Positions 10,221 through 19,686 of a stretch of DNA of 64,000 nucleotides are shown here, piece by piece (within the stretch, counting starts at the first letter, position 1; each line of letters starts with the position of its first letter). The notes under the pieces are model-generated. The model ran no database searches, was not told where the DNA came from, and worked only from the letters and a program-made list of their open reading frames with translations. This stretch comes from Alphaproteobacteria bacterium (GTDB taxonomy: Bacteria > Pseudomonadota > Alphaproteobacteria > GCA-2731375): NCBI GenBank assembly GCA_965232515.1, contig CBDDPY010000002.1, positions 6,272,001 to 6,336,000 on the forward strand. The letters are read 5' to 3'. The position numbers and the translations under genes are program-made.

Positions 10221-10301
10221 GGCCGCTCCCTGCGCTGGCATGACCCAGATCAGGTTCGATGGGTGTGTTCTCAGCCCCCGTACGAGGGGCACCCCAGCCA
10301 T
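10221..10301 (-). promoter_or_regulatory. TPP riboswitch (THI element)
   Basis: Minus strand: GGCTGGGGTGCCCCTCGTACGGGGGCTGAGAACACACCCATCGAACCTGATCTGGGTCATGCCAGCGCAGGGAG with canonical GCTGAGA, ACCC, GAACCTGA and TGCCAGCG-AGGGA blocks. Confidence 0.95.
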
Positions 10302-10531
10302 TGACGATGCAAAAATGACAGCTCGCCCCGGTGCTGTCAAAGCAAGAGAATTGCTGGCCTGGATTGAACGCGGCGGAGGCTGTTTCCCGCGGTTTTCCTG
10401 TCCTGGGGGGTCACGGTTTCTTGAACGGCGGTTGTTTTGATCTTCGGGCAGGTTAGTCTCACTTCAACGACGCGCGGCGTCCAACGGGCGCCGGAAAATG
10501 TCGTGCGTGTCGAGCAGGAGATAGGGCTGCC

Positions 10532-11509
10532 ATGCTGATCAAACGTCCACGCGGCTGGGAGATGCCGGAATCGGAAGCGACGCCGGAATCGGTGTTTCTG
10601 AACAGACGTCGCTTTATCAAGGGCGCCGGGCTGGGCGCGGGCGCGATTGCCGTCGGTACGCCGCTGCTGATGTCGTCGGGCAGTTCCGATGCCGCCGATG
10701 CAGATCCGTCTGCCGAGCTTTATCCGGTGATGCGCAACCCGGCCTACAAGCTCGATCGCGACATCACCGACGAGATGGTCGCCAGCACCTACAACAACTT
10801 CTACGAATTCGGCTCGCACAAGCGGATCGCGCGGGCGGCGCAGAAGCTGAAGATCCGGCCCTGGACGGTGGAACTGGCCGGCATGGTCGAGACCGAGCAG
10901 ACCATCGACATCGACGCGCTGTTGCGCAAGATGCCGCTGGAGGAACGGCTTTACCGGCATCGCTGCGTCGAGGCATGGGCCATGGCCGTGCCCTGGTCCG
11001 GCTTCCCGATGAAGGCGCTGGTCGATCTGGCGCAGCCGCTGTCGGGGGCCAAATACGTCGTCATGCAGACTTTCCTCGATGCCGACATGGCACCGGGCCA
11101 GAAGCAGTTCTGGTATCCCTGGCCCTATGTCGAGGGCCTGACCATCGAGGAAGCGACGAACGAGCTCGCCTTCCTGGTGACGGGGATCTACGGCAAGCCG
11201 CTGCCGAAGCAGTTCGGCGCGCCGCTTCGCCTGGCGGTGCCGTGGAAGTACGGCTTCAAGTCGATCAAGTCGATCGTGCGCTTCGAGTTCACTGACCAAC
11301 GGCCGGTCAGCTTCTGGGAAGAGATCCAGGGCAAGGAATACGGGTTCTGGGCGAACGTGAACCCCGAGGTGGCGCACCCGCGCTGGAGCCAGGCGACAGA
11401 GGAACTGATCGGTACTGGCAAACGCGTGCCGACGAAGCTGTTCAACGGCTACGGCGAGTTCGTCGCCGATCTCTACAAGGGCAAGGAAGACGAGCGCCTC
11501 TGGGCCTGA
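10532..11509 (+). CDS. msrP: Protein-methionine-sulfoxide reductase catalytic subunit MsrP (YedY)
   Basis: Tat signal NRRRFIK, YNNFYEFG, ERLYRHRCVEAW, GAPLRLAVPWKYGFKSIKSI, EYGFWANVNP, HPRWSQA. Confidence 0.95.
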   Translation: MLIKRPRGWEMPESEATPESVFLNRRRFIKGAGLGAGAIAVGTPLLMSSGSSDAADADPSAELYPVMRNPAYKLDRDITDEMVASTYNNFYEFGSHKRIARAAQKLKIRPWTVELAGMVETEQTIDIDALLRKMPLEERLYRHRCVEAWAMAVPWSGFPMKALVDLAQPLSGAKYVVMQTFLDADMAPGQKQFWYPWPYVEGLTIEEATNELAFLVTGIYGKPLPKQFGAPLRLAVPWKYGFKSIKSIVRFEFTDQRPVSFWEEIQGKEYGFWANVNPEVAHPRWSQATEELIGTGKRVPTKLFNGYGEFVADLYKGKEDERLWA

Positions 11510-11566
11510 CTCCGGCTGGACAAATACCGTTTGGCGAGCGTCGGGTAGCCTGCTAAGCAGCAGGCC

Positions 11567-12217
11567 ATGGGGCCTGATCTGATCATTTTCGACTGCGACG
11601 GGGTGCTGGTCGACAGCGAGCCGCTGTCGAACCGGGTGCTGACCGATTGTCTCAACGAAGCCGGCTTCGACCTGTCGTTCGAGGAGGTGGCGAAGAACTT
11701 TATCGGCCTGACGCTGAACCGGTGCTTTGCCATGCTGGAAGAGCGGTTTGGCCGCCCGATGCCGCCAGACTTCGAAGTGGCGCTGCAGGAACGAACCTAC
11801 GCCCGCTTCCGTACCGATCTGGAAGCCGTGCCGGGCGTGATCGACGTACTCAATTCGCTCGATGAAGACGGGCAAGCGACCTGCGTCGCATCGTCCGGCA
11901 CGATGGAAAAGATGCAGGTTTCGCTCGGCATCACCGGTCTGTGGGACCGCTTCGACGGACGCATCTTCAACAGCGCCATGGTAACCCGCGGCAAGCCCTG
12001 GCCGGACCTGTTCCTGCATGCTGCCGAACGTATGGGCGTGGCGCCGGAGAACTCTGTCGTCATCGAGGACAGCCTGCCGGGCGTGCAGGCGGCGCGGGCC
12101 GCCGGGATGACGGTGTTCGGCTATGTCGGCGGCAGTCTCGCACGTCCGCTGGCGGCCGAGGGCGCCATCGAGTTCGACGACATGGCGCGGCTGCCCGAGT
12201 TAATCAGGACGCTCTAG
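11567..12217 (+). CDS. HAD family phosphatase (HAD-IA)
   Basis: IFDCDGVLVDSE, VASS, GKPWPDLF, VIEDSLPG motifs. Confidence 0.9.
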   Translation: MGPDLIIFDCDGVLVDSEPLSNRVLTDCLNEAGFDLSFEEVAKNFIGLTLNRCFAMLEERFGRPMPPDFEVALQERTYARFRTDLEAVPGVIDVLNSLDEDGQATCVASSGTMEKMQVSLGITGLWDRFDGRIFNSAMVTRGKPWPDLFLHAAERMGVAPENSVVIEDSLPGVQAARAAGMTVFGYVGGSLARPLAAEGAIEFDDMARLPELIRTL

Positions 12218-12830
12218 CGGCCTCGACGCGGCGCTTGATGTCATCCGGGTTGACGCCGGTTTCGCGCATGCGGGTCTCGGCCTGTGCTTTCACCGCGTCG
12301 CAGAACGCCGTAAGGAACGGATCGAAGGCGCAGGGCCCGTCCATCTTGGTGTAGACGAGGTCGTATTCGACCGGCTCCCAGCTCGCCATGTCGGCGAGAT
12401 TGTGCTGAACCTGAACTTCCAGCTTGTCGAGGGCGCCCGCAAACTTGGCTTCGTTGCTCTGCTTGGCCTCGTATTCCTGCCAAAGCGCCTGGATTTCCTC
12501 GCCGACGGCATCCGGCAGCTGTTTGCGGATGCTCCGCATGGCCGCGTCCTCGCGCGCGGCCTTCTGCTCCATGGCCTCGCCGGTCGCGAACGACGGCACG
12601 TCGCCGGCCTCGACCTCGACCAGGTCGTGCACCACGATCATCTTCAGGGTCTTTTCCAGATCGATCTCGACGTCAAGGTGCCGATGCATCAGCAGGGCCA
12701 TCAACGCCATCTGCCAGCTGTGTTCGGCGACGCTTTCGTGCCGGCCATTTGACAGCCAGCTGTGCCGCAACTCCAGCTTCAGGCGCTCGGACAGCTTCAG
12801 GAAGTCCAGAATTCTCCGCACCTCGTCCAA
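12204..12830 (-). CDS. HD domain phosphohydrolase (5'-deoxynucleotidase-like)
   Basis: LKLELRHSW, ESVAEHSW, VHDLVE, GD, ALDKLE; TTG start after GAAGGAA. Confidence 0.85.
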   Translation of the reverse strand: MDEVRRILDFLKLSERLKLELRHSWLSNGRHESVAEHSWQMALMALLMHRHLDVEIDLEKTLKMIVVHDLVEVEAGDVPSFATGEAMEQKAAREDAAMRSIRKQLPDAVGEEIQALWQEYEAKQSNEAKFAGALDKLEVQVQHNLADMASWEPVEYDLVYTKMDGPCAFDPFLTAFCDAVKAQAETRMRETGVNPDDIKRRVEAARAS

Positions 12831-12989
12831 TTTGTATTCCTTCCGTCATGGACCGCGTGAACTGGAGGCTACGCGTCGCAATTGAAGTTCGGCAAGATAA
12901 ACGGCTAGCATGGCGCAAGAAACGGGGGACGCGACCGGTCGACGATCAGGCGCGGTCAAAGCCCGACAACAGGGAGCAGTGAAGCAACG

Positions 12990-13985
12990 ATGAAACAGGG
13001 TATTGCGATTTTCGGGCTTGCCATGCTGGTGGGCGCCGGCGCGGCCTCGGCGGCGGACCTGAAGCCGGCCGTGGTCTTCGACATGGGCGGCAAATTCGAC
13101 AAGTCCTTCAACGAAGGCGTCTACAACGGTGTCGAGAAGTTCCGCGAAGAGACCGGCATCAAATACCGGGAATTCGAGGTCAAGAACCCGACGCAGCGTG
13201 AACAGGCGGTCCGCAAGATGGCCGAGCGCGGCGCGGATCCGGTGCTCGGCGTCGGCTTCGCCCAGGCCCCGGCGATCGAGGCCGTGGCCAAGGACTTCCC
13301 CGACACGCGCTTCACCATCATTGACATGGTCGTCGACCTGCCGAACGTGCAGTCCGTGGTGTTCAAGGAGCACGAGGGTTCGTTCCTGGTCGGCGTGCTG
13401 GCTGCCGCGGCGTCGAAGTCCGCCAAGGTCGGTTTCGTCGGCGGCATGGACATTCCGCTGATCCGGCGCTTCGCTTGCGGCTACGAGCAGGGCGTCAAAT
13501 ACGCCAGCCCCGATGCCGACGTCTATCTCAACATGACCGGCACCACGCCGGCGGCCTGGAACGACCCGACGAAAGGCTCGGAGCTGGCCAAGAGCCAGTT
13601 CGACCGTGGCGCCGACGTCGTGTTCGCCGCGGCCGGTGGCACCGGTATCGGCGTGTACCAGGCGGCGAAGGACAACGGCAAATACGCCATCGGCGTCGAT
13701 TCCAACCAGAACCACCTGCACCCCGGGACCATGCTGACGTCCATGCTGAAGCGCGTCGACGTCGCTGCCTACAACACCTTCCGCGGCGCCAACGATGGCG
13801 AATGGAAGCCCGGCATTCAGGTGCTCGGCTTGGCCGAGGGCGGCGTCGACTGGGCGCTCGACGAGCACAATGAAGGCTTGATCACGCCAGAGATGAAGGC
13901 GCAGGTGGAAGCCGCCAAACAGGACATCATTGACGGCAAGATCGTGGTGCATGACTACATGGCCGACAGCAAATGCACCTATTGA
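12990..13985 (+). CDS. BMP family ABC transporter nucleoside-binding protein
   Basis: Signal peptide; GGKFDKSFNE, FKEHEGSFLVG, GFVGGM, AAAGGTG, AIGVDSNQ, SMLKRVD. Confidence 0.93.
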   Translation: MKQGIAIFGLAMLVGAGAASAADLKPAVVFDMGGKFDKSFNEGVYNGVEKFREETGIKYREFEVKNPTQREQAVRKMAERGADPVLGVGFAQAPAIEAVAKDFPDTRFTIIDMVVDLPNVQSVVFKEHEGSFLVGVLAAAASKSAKVGFVGGMDIPLIRRFACGYEQGVKYASPDADVYLNMTGTTPAAWNDPTKGSELAKSQFDRGADVVFAAAGGTGIGVYQAAKDNGKYAIGVDSNQNHLHPGTMLTSMLKRVDVAAYNTFRGANDGEWKPGIQVLGLAEGGVDWALDEHNEGLITPEMKAQVEAAKQDIIDGKIVVHDYMADSKCTY

Positions 13986-14072
13986 TGGGCACGCCCCGCT
14001 GAGGCCGGCCGCCACGGTCATCCTGACCATGCGACCGACGGGGGTTCGTCCAATGCGAAACGGCGGGCGGCC

Positions 14073-15629
14073 ATGACCGGCGGCCCGCCGCCCGCCATCG
14101 AACTCCGTGGGATCAACAAGCGGTTCGGTCCCGTCCACGCCAACAAGGACGTCTCGCTGCTGGTGCCGGCCGGCACCATCCACGGCATCGTGGGCGAGAA
14201 CGGCGCCGGCAAGTCGACGCTGATGAGCATCCTTTACGGCTTCTATCAGGCCGACAGCGGCGACATCGCCATCTTCGGCGAAACCATGAAGATCCACGGC
14301 AGCGAGGACGCCATCGCCGCCGGCATCGGCATGGTGCATCAGCACTTCATGCTGGTCGACGTGTTCACCGTGCTGGAAAACATCCTGCTCGGCGCCGAGG
14401 GCGGCGCGCTCCTGGCCGAGGGCATGGCGGCGGCGCGGCGCGAGATCACGCGGCTGGAGGAGGAATACGGCTTGCAGGTCGATCCCGACGCGCTGGTCGG
14501 CGACCTGCCGGTCGGCCTGCGGCAGCGCGTGGAGATCCTGAAGGCGCTGTTCCGTGGCGCCAAGATCCTGATCCTGGACGAGCCGACCGGTGTGCTGACG
14601 CCGCAGGAGACCGATCAATTGTTCCGCGTGCTCGACACTCTGCGCCAGCAGGGCGTCACCATCGTGCTGATCACCCACAAGCTGCGCGAGATCATGGCCA
14701 TCACCGACAATGTCTCGGTGATGCGTGCGGGCGAGGTGGTGGCCAACCGGCCGACGGCCGAGACCACGCGGGAAGAACTCGCCGAGCTCATGGTCGGGCG
14801 CAAGGTGCTGCTGGAGGTCGGCAAACAGCCGGCGCAGCCGCGCCAGCCCGCACTTGAGGTCGATCATCTGACGGTCATCGACGAAAAGGGACTGCGCTGC
14901 GTGAACGATGTCAGCTTCACCGTTCGCGGCGGCGAGATCGTCGGCATCGCCGGCGTCTCCGGTAACGGCCAGAGCGAGCTGATGGAGGCGCTGGCCGGCA
15001 TCCGCGCCATCGACAGCGGCGAGGTCCGCGTCAACGGCAAGCACGTCACGCCGTCTCAGCCGACGGACGCCAAACTTATGCGGCAGGCGAGCCTGGCGCA
15101 CGTGCCGGAAGACAGGCACCGCATGGGCCTGGTGATGCCGTTCGAAGCCAACGAGTCGGCGATCCTCGGCTACCACGACGATCCGAAGTATTCGGGCATG
15201 GTGTTCATGAACAGCCGCGCCATCGTCGAGGACACGGCCGACAAGATGTCGCGCTTCGACGTCCGGCCGCAGGATCCTTTCCTGAAGACGGCGAATTTCT
15301 CGGGCGGCAATCAGCAGAAGATTGTCCTGGCGCGGGAAATGGAGCGCCATCCGGATATATTGCTTGTCGGTCAGCCCACTCGCGGCGTGGATATCGGCGC
15401 CATCGAATTCATCCACAAGCGCATCGTCGAGATGCGCGACGCCGGCTGCGCCGTCCTGCTGGTCTCGGTCGAACTTGACGAAATCATGTCGTTGAGCGAC
15501 CGCATCCTGGTGATGTTCGAGGGCGGCGTCGTCGGTGAGGTCGCCGCCGAGGACGCGGATTCCCGCACGCTGGGCCTGATGATGGCGAACATCGTGCCCG
15601 ATCAGGACGCGGAGGCCGGCCATGGCTAA
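14073..15629 (+). CDS. Nucleoside ABC transporter ATP-binding protein (two ABC domains)
   Basis: [46 protein letters not shown]. Confidence 0.95.
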   Translation: MTGGPPPAIELRGINKRFGPVHANKDVSLLVPAGTIHGIVGENGAGKSTLMSILYGFYQADSGDIAIFGETMKIHGSEDAIAAGIGMVHQHFMLVDVFTVLENILLGAEGGALLAEGMAAARREITRLEEEYGLQVDPDALVGDLPVGLRQRVEILKALFRGAKILILDEPTGVLTPQETDQLFRVLDTLRQQGVTIVLITHKLREIMAITDNVSVMRAGEVVANRPTAETTREELAELMVGRKVLLEVGKQPAQPRQPALEVDHLTVIDEKGLRCVNDVSFTVRGGEIVGIAGVSGNGQSELMEALAGIRAIDSGEVRVNGKHVTPSQPTDAKLMRQASLAHVPEDRHRMGLVMPFEANESAILGYHDDPKYSGMVFMNSRAIVEDTADKMSRFDVRPQDPFLKTANFSGGNQQKIVLAREMERHPDILLVGQPTRGVDIGAIEFIHKRIVEMRDAGCAVLLVSVELDEIMSLSDRILVMFEGGVVGEVAAEDADSRTLGLMMANIVPDQDAEAGHG

Positions 15630-16740
15630 CGGCAGCGGCCAGTTGCCGAAATGGGCCGACATCGTCGTGCTGCCGCTGATCAACGTGGCGATGGCGTTCA
15701 TCGTCTCCGGCATCATCATCGCCGCCATCGGCCAGAATCCGTTCGAGGCGACCAAGATCCTGGTGCTGGGCGCGTTCAGCTATGACGGCGCGCTCGGCTA
15801 TACGCTCTACTACACGACGAATTTCGTCTTTACCGGACTGGCGGTCGCCGTGGCGTTTCATGCCGGCCTGTTCAACATCGGCGGCGAGGGCCAGGCTTAT
15901 ATCGGCGGCCTCGGCGTCGGCCTTGCCGCCCTCGCGCTCGACAGCAGCCTGCCGTTCATCCTGCTGCTGCCGATTTCGATTGCGGGGGCTGCGCTGTTCG
16001 GGGCCGGCTGGGCCTTCATCCCGGGCTATCTGCAGGCGAAGCGGGGCAGCCATATCGTCATCACGACGATCATGTTCAACTTCATCGCCGCCTCGCTGAT
16101 GGTCTACCTGATGACCCAGGTGCTGATCCGGCCGGGGCAGATGTCGCCGGAAAGCCGCGTGCTGGCGGAGCATGCCTGGCTGCCATTCATGCACGAGGCA
16201 CTGGGCTGGTTCGGCGTCGAGGCCGCCCGCTCGCCGCTCAACCTGTCGCTGCTCTGGGCTCTGGCCTGCTGCGTGCTGGTCTGGCTGCTGATCTGGCACA
16301 CCAAGCTCGGACACGAGATCCGCACGGTCGGCAGCAACCAGACGGCCGCCGTCTATGCCGGCATCAAGCCGGACCGGATCATCATTATCGCCATGTGCAT
16401 TTCCGGCGGTCTCGCCGGCTTCGTTGGCGTCAACGAGATCCTCGGCGTGCAGCACCGGCTGCTGCTGGACTTCTCGGCGGGCTACGGCTTCACCGGCATC
16501 GCTGTCGCCCTGATGGGCCGCAACCATCCCGTCGGCATCGTGCTGGCGAGCCTGCTGTTCGGCGCGCTCTATCAGGGCGGCGCCGAACTGGCGTTCGAGA
16601 ATTCCGCCTTCACGCCGGATCTGATCGTGGTCATTCAAGGCCTGGTGGTGCTGTTCTCGGGCGCGCTCGGCTTCATGTTCCGGCCCTATCTGGAACGGCT
16701 GTTCGTACGCGGGCCCGCGCCGGCGTTGGCGGAGGGCTAG
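15622..16740 (+). CDS. Nucleoside ABC transporter permease
   Basis: AGLFNIGGEGQ, VITTIMFN, GYGFTGIAVALMGRNHP; multi-TM. Confidence 0.93.
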   Translation: MANGSGQLPKWADIVVLPLINVAMAFIVSGIIIAAIGQNPFEATKILVLGAFSYDGALGYTLYYTTNFVFTGLAVAVAFHAGLFNIGGEGQAYIGGLGVGLAALALDSSLPFILLLPISIAGAALFGAGWAFIPGYLQAKRGSHIVITTIMFNFIAASLMVYLMTQVLIRPGQMSPESRVLAEHAWLPFMHEALGWFGVEAARSPLNLSLLWALACCVLVWLLIWHTKLGHEIRTVGSNQTAAVYAGIKPDRIIIIAMCISGGLAGFVGVNEILGVQHRLLLDFSAGYGFTGIAVALMGRNHPVGIVLASLLFGALYQGGAELAFENSAFTPDLIVVIQGLVVLFSGALGFMFRPYLERLFVRGPAPALAEG

Positions 16741-17724
16741 ATGGCGGACGTCGGCGAGTTCCTGTTTCTCCTCGTCCTGACGCTGGACGCCACCGTGCGC
16801 GTGGCGACGCCGCTGGTTCTGGCGGCGCTGGCCGGCCTGATCGTCGAACGCTCCGGCGTCATCGATATCGGCCTCGAGGGCAAGATGCTGGGCGCGGCAT
16901 TCGCCGCGGCCACGGTCGCGGCGGTCACCGGGTCGGCCTGGCTCGGTCTGCTGATGGCGCTCGTCGTGTCGGTGCTGCTGGCGCTGCTGCACGGCTTTGC
17001 CTGCATTACGCACAAGGGCAACCAGATCGTCAGCGGCGTCGCCATCAACATCATGGTTTCCGGCCTGACGGCGTTGTTGGGCGTTGCGTGGTTCGCGCGT
17101 GGCGGCCAGACGCCGCCGCTGTCCGACGACGCGCGTTTCGGCGCCGTGACCTTCCCGGGCGCCGAGGCGCTGGCCGACGTGCCCCTGATCGGCGCGATCT
17201 ATTCCGAGCTGCTGAGCGGCCACAATGTCTTGGTCTACGTCGCGTTCCTGACCGTGCCGTTCGTCTGGTGGCTGGTCTATCGCACACGCTTCGGTCTGCG
17301 CCTCAGAGCCACCGGCGAGAATCCGGCGGCGGTCGACACGGCCGGCATTTCCGTCGAGCGCATGCGCTTTCTGGCGCTGATCTGCTGCGGCATCCTCTGC
17401 GGTCTGGCGGGCGCCTATCTCTCGACCGGCCACAGCGCCTCGTTCATCCGCGACATGACGGCTGGCAAGGGCTATATCGCGCTGGCGGCGATGATTTTCG
17501 GCAAGTGGCGGCCGGTGCCGGTGCTGTTGGCCTGCCTGCTGTTCGGCTTCCTCGACGCCGTGGCCGTGCGCCTGCAGGGCGTGGCCCTGCCGATGGTCGG
17601 CGAGATCCCGGTGCAGTTCGTCCAGGCGCTGCCCTATATCCTGACCGTCGTGCTGCTGGCCGGCTTCATCGGCCAGGCGATCGCGCCGCGGGCGAGCGGC
17701 ATTCCCTACGTCAAGGAACGATGA
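16741..17724 (+). CDS. Nucleoside ABC transporter permease
   Basis: ERSGVIDIGLEG, NQIVSG, FGLRLRATGENP, GKGYIALAAMIFGKW, ALPY. Confidence 0.93.
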   Translation: MADVGEFLFLLVLTLDATVRVATPLVLAALAGLIVERSGVIDIGLEGKMLGAAFAAATVAAVTGSAWLGLLMALVVSVLLALLHGFACITHKGNQIVSGVAINIMVSGLTALLGVAWFARGGQTPPLSDDARFGAVTFPGAEALADVPLIGAIYSELLSGHNVLVYVAFLTVPFVWWLVYRTRFGLRLRATGENPAAVDTAGISVERMRFLALICCGILCGLAGAYLSTGHSASFIRDMTAGKGYIALAAMIFGKWRPVPVLLACLLFGFLDAVAVRLQGVALPMVGEIPVQFVQALPYILTVVLLAGFIGQAIAPRASGIPYVKER

Positions 17725-18116
17725 CGGCGGTCGACGACATGCTGGCGGCGGCGCGGGCTGCCATGGCGAACGCCTACGCGCCCTATTCGAAGTTTCATGT
17801 CGGGGCGGCCGTCCGCACCGATCAGGGCAATATCTACGCCGGCTGCAACGTCGAGAACGCTGCTTATCCCCAGGGCACCTGCGCCGAAACGGCGGCAATC
17901 GCCGCCATGGTGACCGCCGGCGAGAGACGCATCGTCGAGGTGCTGGTGATCGGCGGCGGCCCTGAGCTGATCACGCCTTGCGGCGGTTGCCGGCAGCGCC
18001 TGCGCGAATTCGCGGCCGATGACGTACCCGTCCACCTCTGCAATGCCGATGGCCCGCAGCGCCGTGAGACGTTGGGCGCCTTGCTGCCGCGGTCGTTCGG
18101 ACCGGAGCATCTCTAG
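17721..18116 (+). CDS. cdd: Cytidine deaminase
   Basis: AYAPYSKFHVGAA, GCNVENAAY, CAE, TPCGGCRQ; ATGA overlap with permease stop. Confidence 0.95.
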   Translation: MTAVDDMLAAARAAMANAYAPYSKFHVGAAVRTDQGNIYAGCNVENAAYPQGTCAETAAIAAMVTAGERRIVEVLVIGGGPELITPCGGCRQRLREFAADDVPVHLCNADGPQRRETLGALLPRSFGPEHL

Positions 18117-18934
18117 TGCCGACCGACGACGCGGCGGCGGTTGACGTAATCCGATCGCGGGCCGGCGCGCTGTCGCCGCGTGTCGCCATTGTGCTGGGCT
18201 CCGGTCTGGGGCCTGTCGCCGACGCGGTGGAGGCACCGACGGTCATTCCCTATGCCGATCTGCCAGGGTTCCCGAAACCGGGCGTGCATGGCCATCAAGG
18301 CCAGTTATTGCTCGGCCGATTGGGCGGTGTGCCGGTCGCGATGATGCAGGGCCGCGCGCACTACTACGAAAGCGGGCGGGCGGATGGCATGGCCGTGGCC
18401 GTGCAAGCCTTGGCGGACGTCGGCTGTCAGACGCTCTTGCTGACCAACGCTGCCGGCAGCCTGCGGCCCGAGATGCCGGCCGGCAGCCTGATGCTGATCA
18501 GCGATCACATCAACTTCAGCGGTCTCAATCCGTTGGTAGGCCGGGATGACGAGAACCGCTTCGTCGATCTGGTCGACGCCTACGATCCCGATCTGCGGCA
18601 GGGCATGCTGAAGGCTGCCGCAAAGTTGAAGTTTCCGCTGCAGGAGGGCGTGTACGCCTGGTTCTCCGGACCGAGCTTCGAAACGCCGGCGGAAATCCGC
18701 GCCGCCGGCATTCTGGGCGCGGACGCCGTCGGCATGTCCACGGTGCCGGAGGCGATCCTGGCCCGGCACCGCGGCCTCAAGGTCGTGGCGCTGTCGCTGA
18801 TCGCCAACCTGGCGGCCGGCATGACGACCGAGCCGCTCACGCATCAGCAGACCATCGACGTGGTCGGCGCGGCGGCGGATAATGTCCGCCGATTGCTGAT
18901 CGCTTTTCTCGAGGGCCTCGAACATGACGGATGA
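18116..18934 (+). CDS. punA: Purine-nucleoside phosphorylase (trimeric PNP/XapA type)
   Basis: IVLGSGLG, VHGHQG, QGRAHYYE, TNAAG, SDHIN, GPSFETPAE, DAVGMSTVPE, NLAAG. Confidence 0.93.
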   Translation: MPTDDAAAVDVIRSRAGALSPRVAIVLGSGLGPVADAVEAPTVIPYADLPGFPKPGVHGHQGQLLLGRLGGVPVAMMQGRAHYYESGRADGMAVAVQALADVGCQTLLLTNAAGSLRPEMPAGSLMLISDHINFSGLNPLVGRDDENRFVDLVDAYDPDLRQGMLKAAAKLKFPLQEGVYAWFSGPSFETPAEIRAAGILGADAVGMSTVPEAILARHRGLKVVALSLIANLAAGMTTEPLTHQQTIDVVGAAADNVRRLLIAFLEGLEHDG

Positions 18935-19685
18935 CGCCGTCGCCCGGCGCGCGCTCGCGCATCTCGATCTCACGAGCCTGAACGATGACGACGACGATGC
19001 GGCCGTGACCGCGGTCTGCCGTCGGGCGCTGGGCCCGGCCGGCCGGCCCGCGGCGGTCTGCGTCTGGCCCCGCTTCGTGCCGCTGTGTCGTGACCTGCTG
19101 GCCGACAGCGGCGTGCGCATCGCCTGCGTGACGAACTTTCCGGCCGGTGCGCCGGATGTCGCGGCGGCGGCCGACGAGACCCGTCAGGCTGTTGCGCTGG
19201 GCACGGGCGAGATCGATGTGGTGTTGCCGTACACGGCATGGCTGGCCGGCGACCGGCAGCTTGCCGTCGATCTGGTCGCCGCCTGTCGGGAGGCCTGTGG
19301 CGATACGGTGCGGCTGAAGGTGATCCTGGAGACCGGACGGCTGGGGACGTCGGATAACATCCGGGCGGCGAGCGAGGACGCCATCGCCGGCGGCGCTGAC
19401 TTCATCAAGACCTCGACGGGCAAGATCGATATCGCGGCGACGCCCGAAGCGGCGGAAGCGATGCTGCAGGTGATCAAATCGTCGGATCGTCCGGTCGGCC
19501 TGAAGGTTGCCGGTGGCATTCGTTCGGTGACGGACGCGGGTGCCTATATGGCGCAGGCGGACGCCATCATGGGTTCTGACTGGGTTTCGCCGTCGACGTT
19601 CCGGATCGGCGCCAGCGGGCTGCTGAACGATATTGCCGCGACGCTGGGCGTGGACGTAGACGCGCCCGCCGCCTCGGCCTACTGA
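18924..19685 (+). CDS. deoC: Deoxyribose-phosphate aldolase
   Basis: LDLTSLN, VTNFP, EIDVV, LKVILETG, GADFIKTSTGK, GLKVAGG, FRIGASGLL. Confidence 0.95.
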   Translation: MTDDAVARRALAHLDLTSLNDDDDDAAVTAVCRRALGPAGRPAAVCVWPRFVPLCRDLLADSGVRIACVTNFPAGAPDVAAAADETRQAVALGTGEIDVVLPYTAWLAGDRQLAVDLVAACREACGDTVRLKVILETGRLGTSDNIRAASEDAIAGGADFIKTSTGKIDIAATPEAAEAMLQVIKSSDRPVGLKVAGGIRSVTDAGAYMAQADAIMGSDWVSPSTFRIGASGLLNDIAATLGVDVDAPAASAY

Positions 19686-19686
19686 C

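Noticed and set aside
16395-17720. 573-aa ORF suggesting a long N-terminal extension of cytidine deaminase (similar extensions on thiM, add, trxB and the BCCT gene)
   Set aside because: Extensions overlap other genes or promoters and lack protein-like composition; downstream starts with SD or ATGA coupling fit better.
12846-17898. Long antisense ORFs (969 aa and 804 aa; likewise 34522-36495 and 54757-56319)
   Set aside because: Shadow frames opposite well-supported genes, typical of high-GC codon bias; no motifs.
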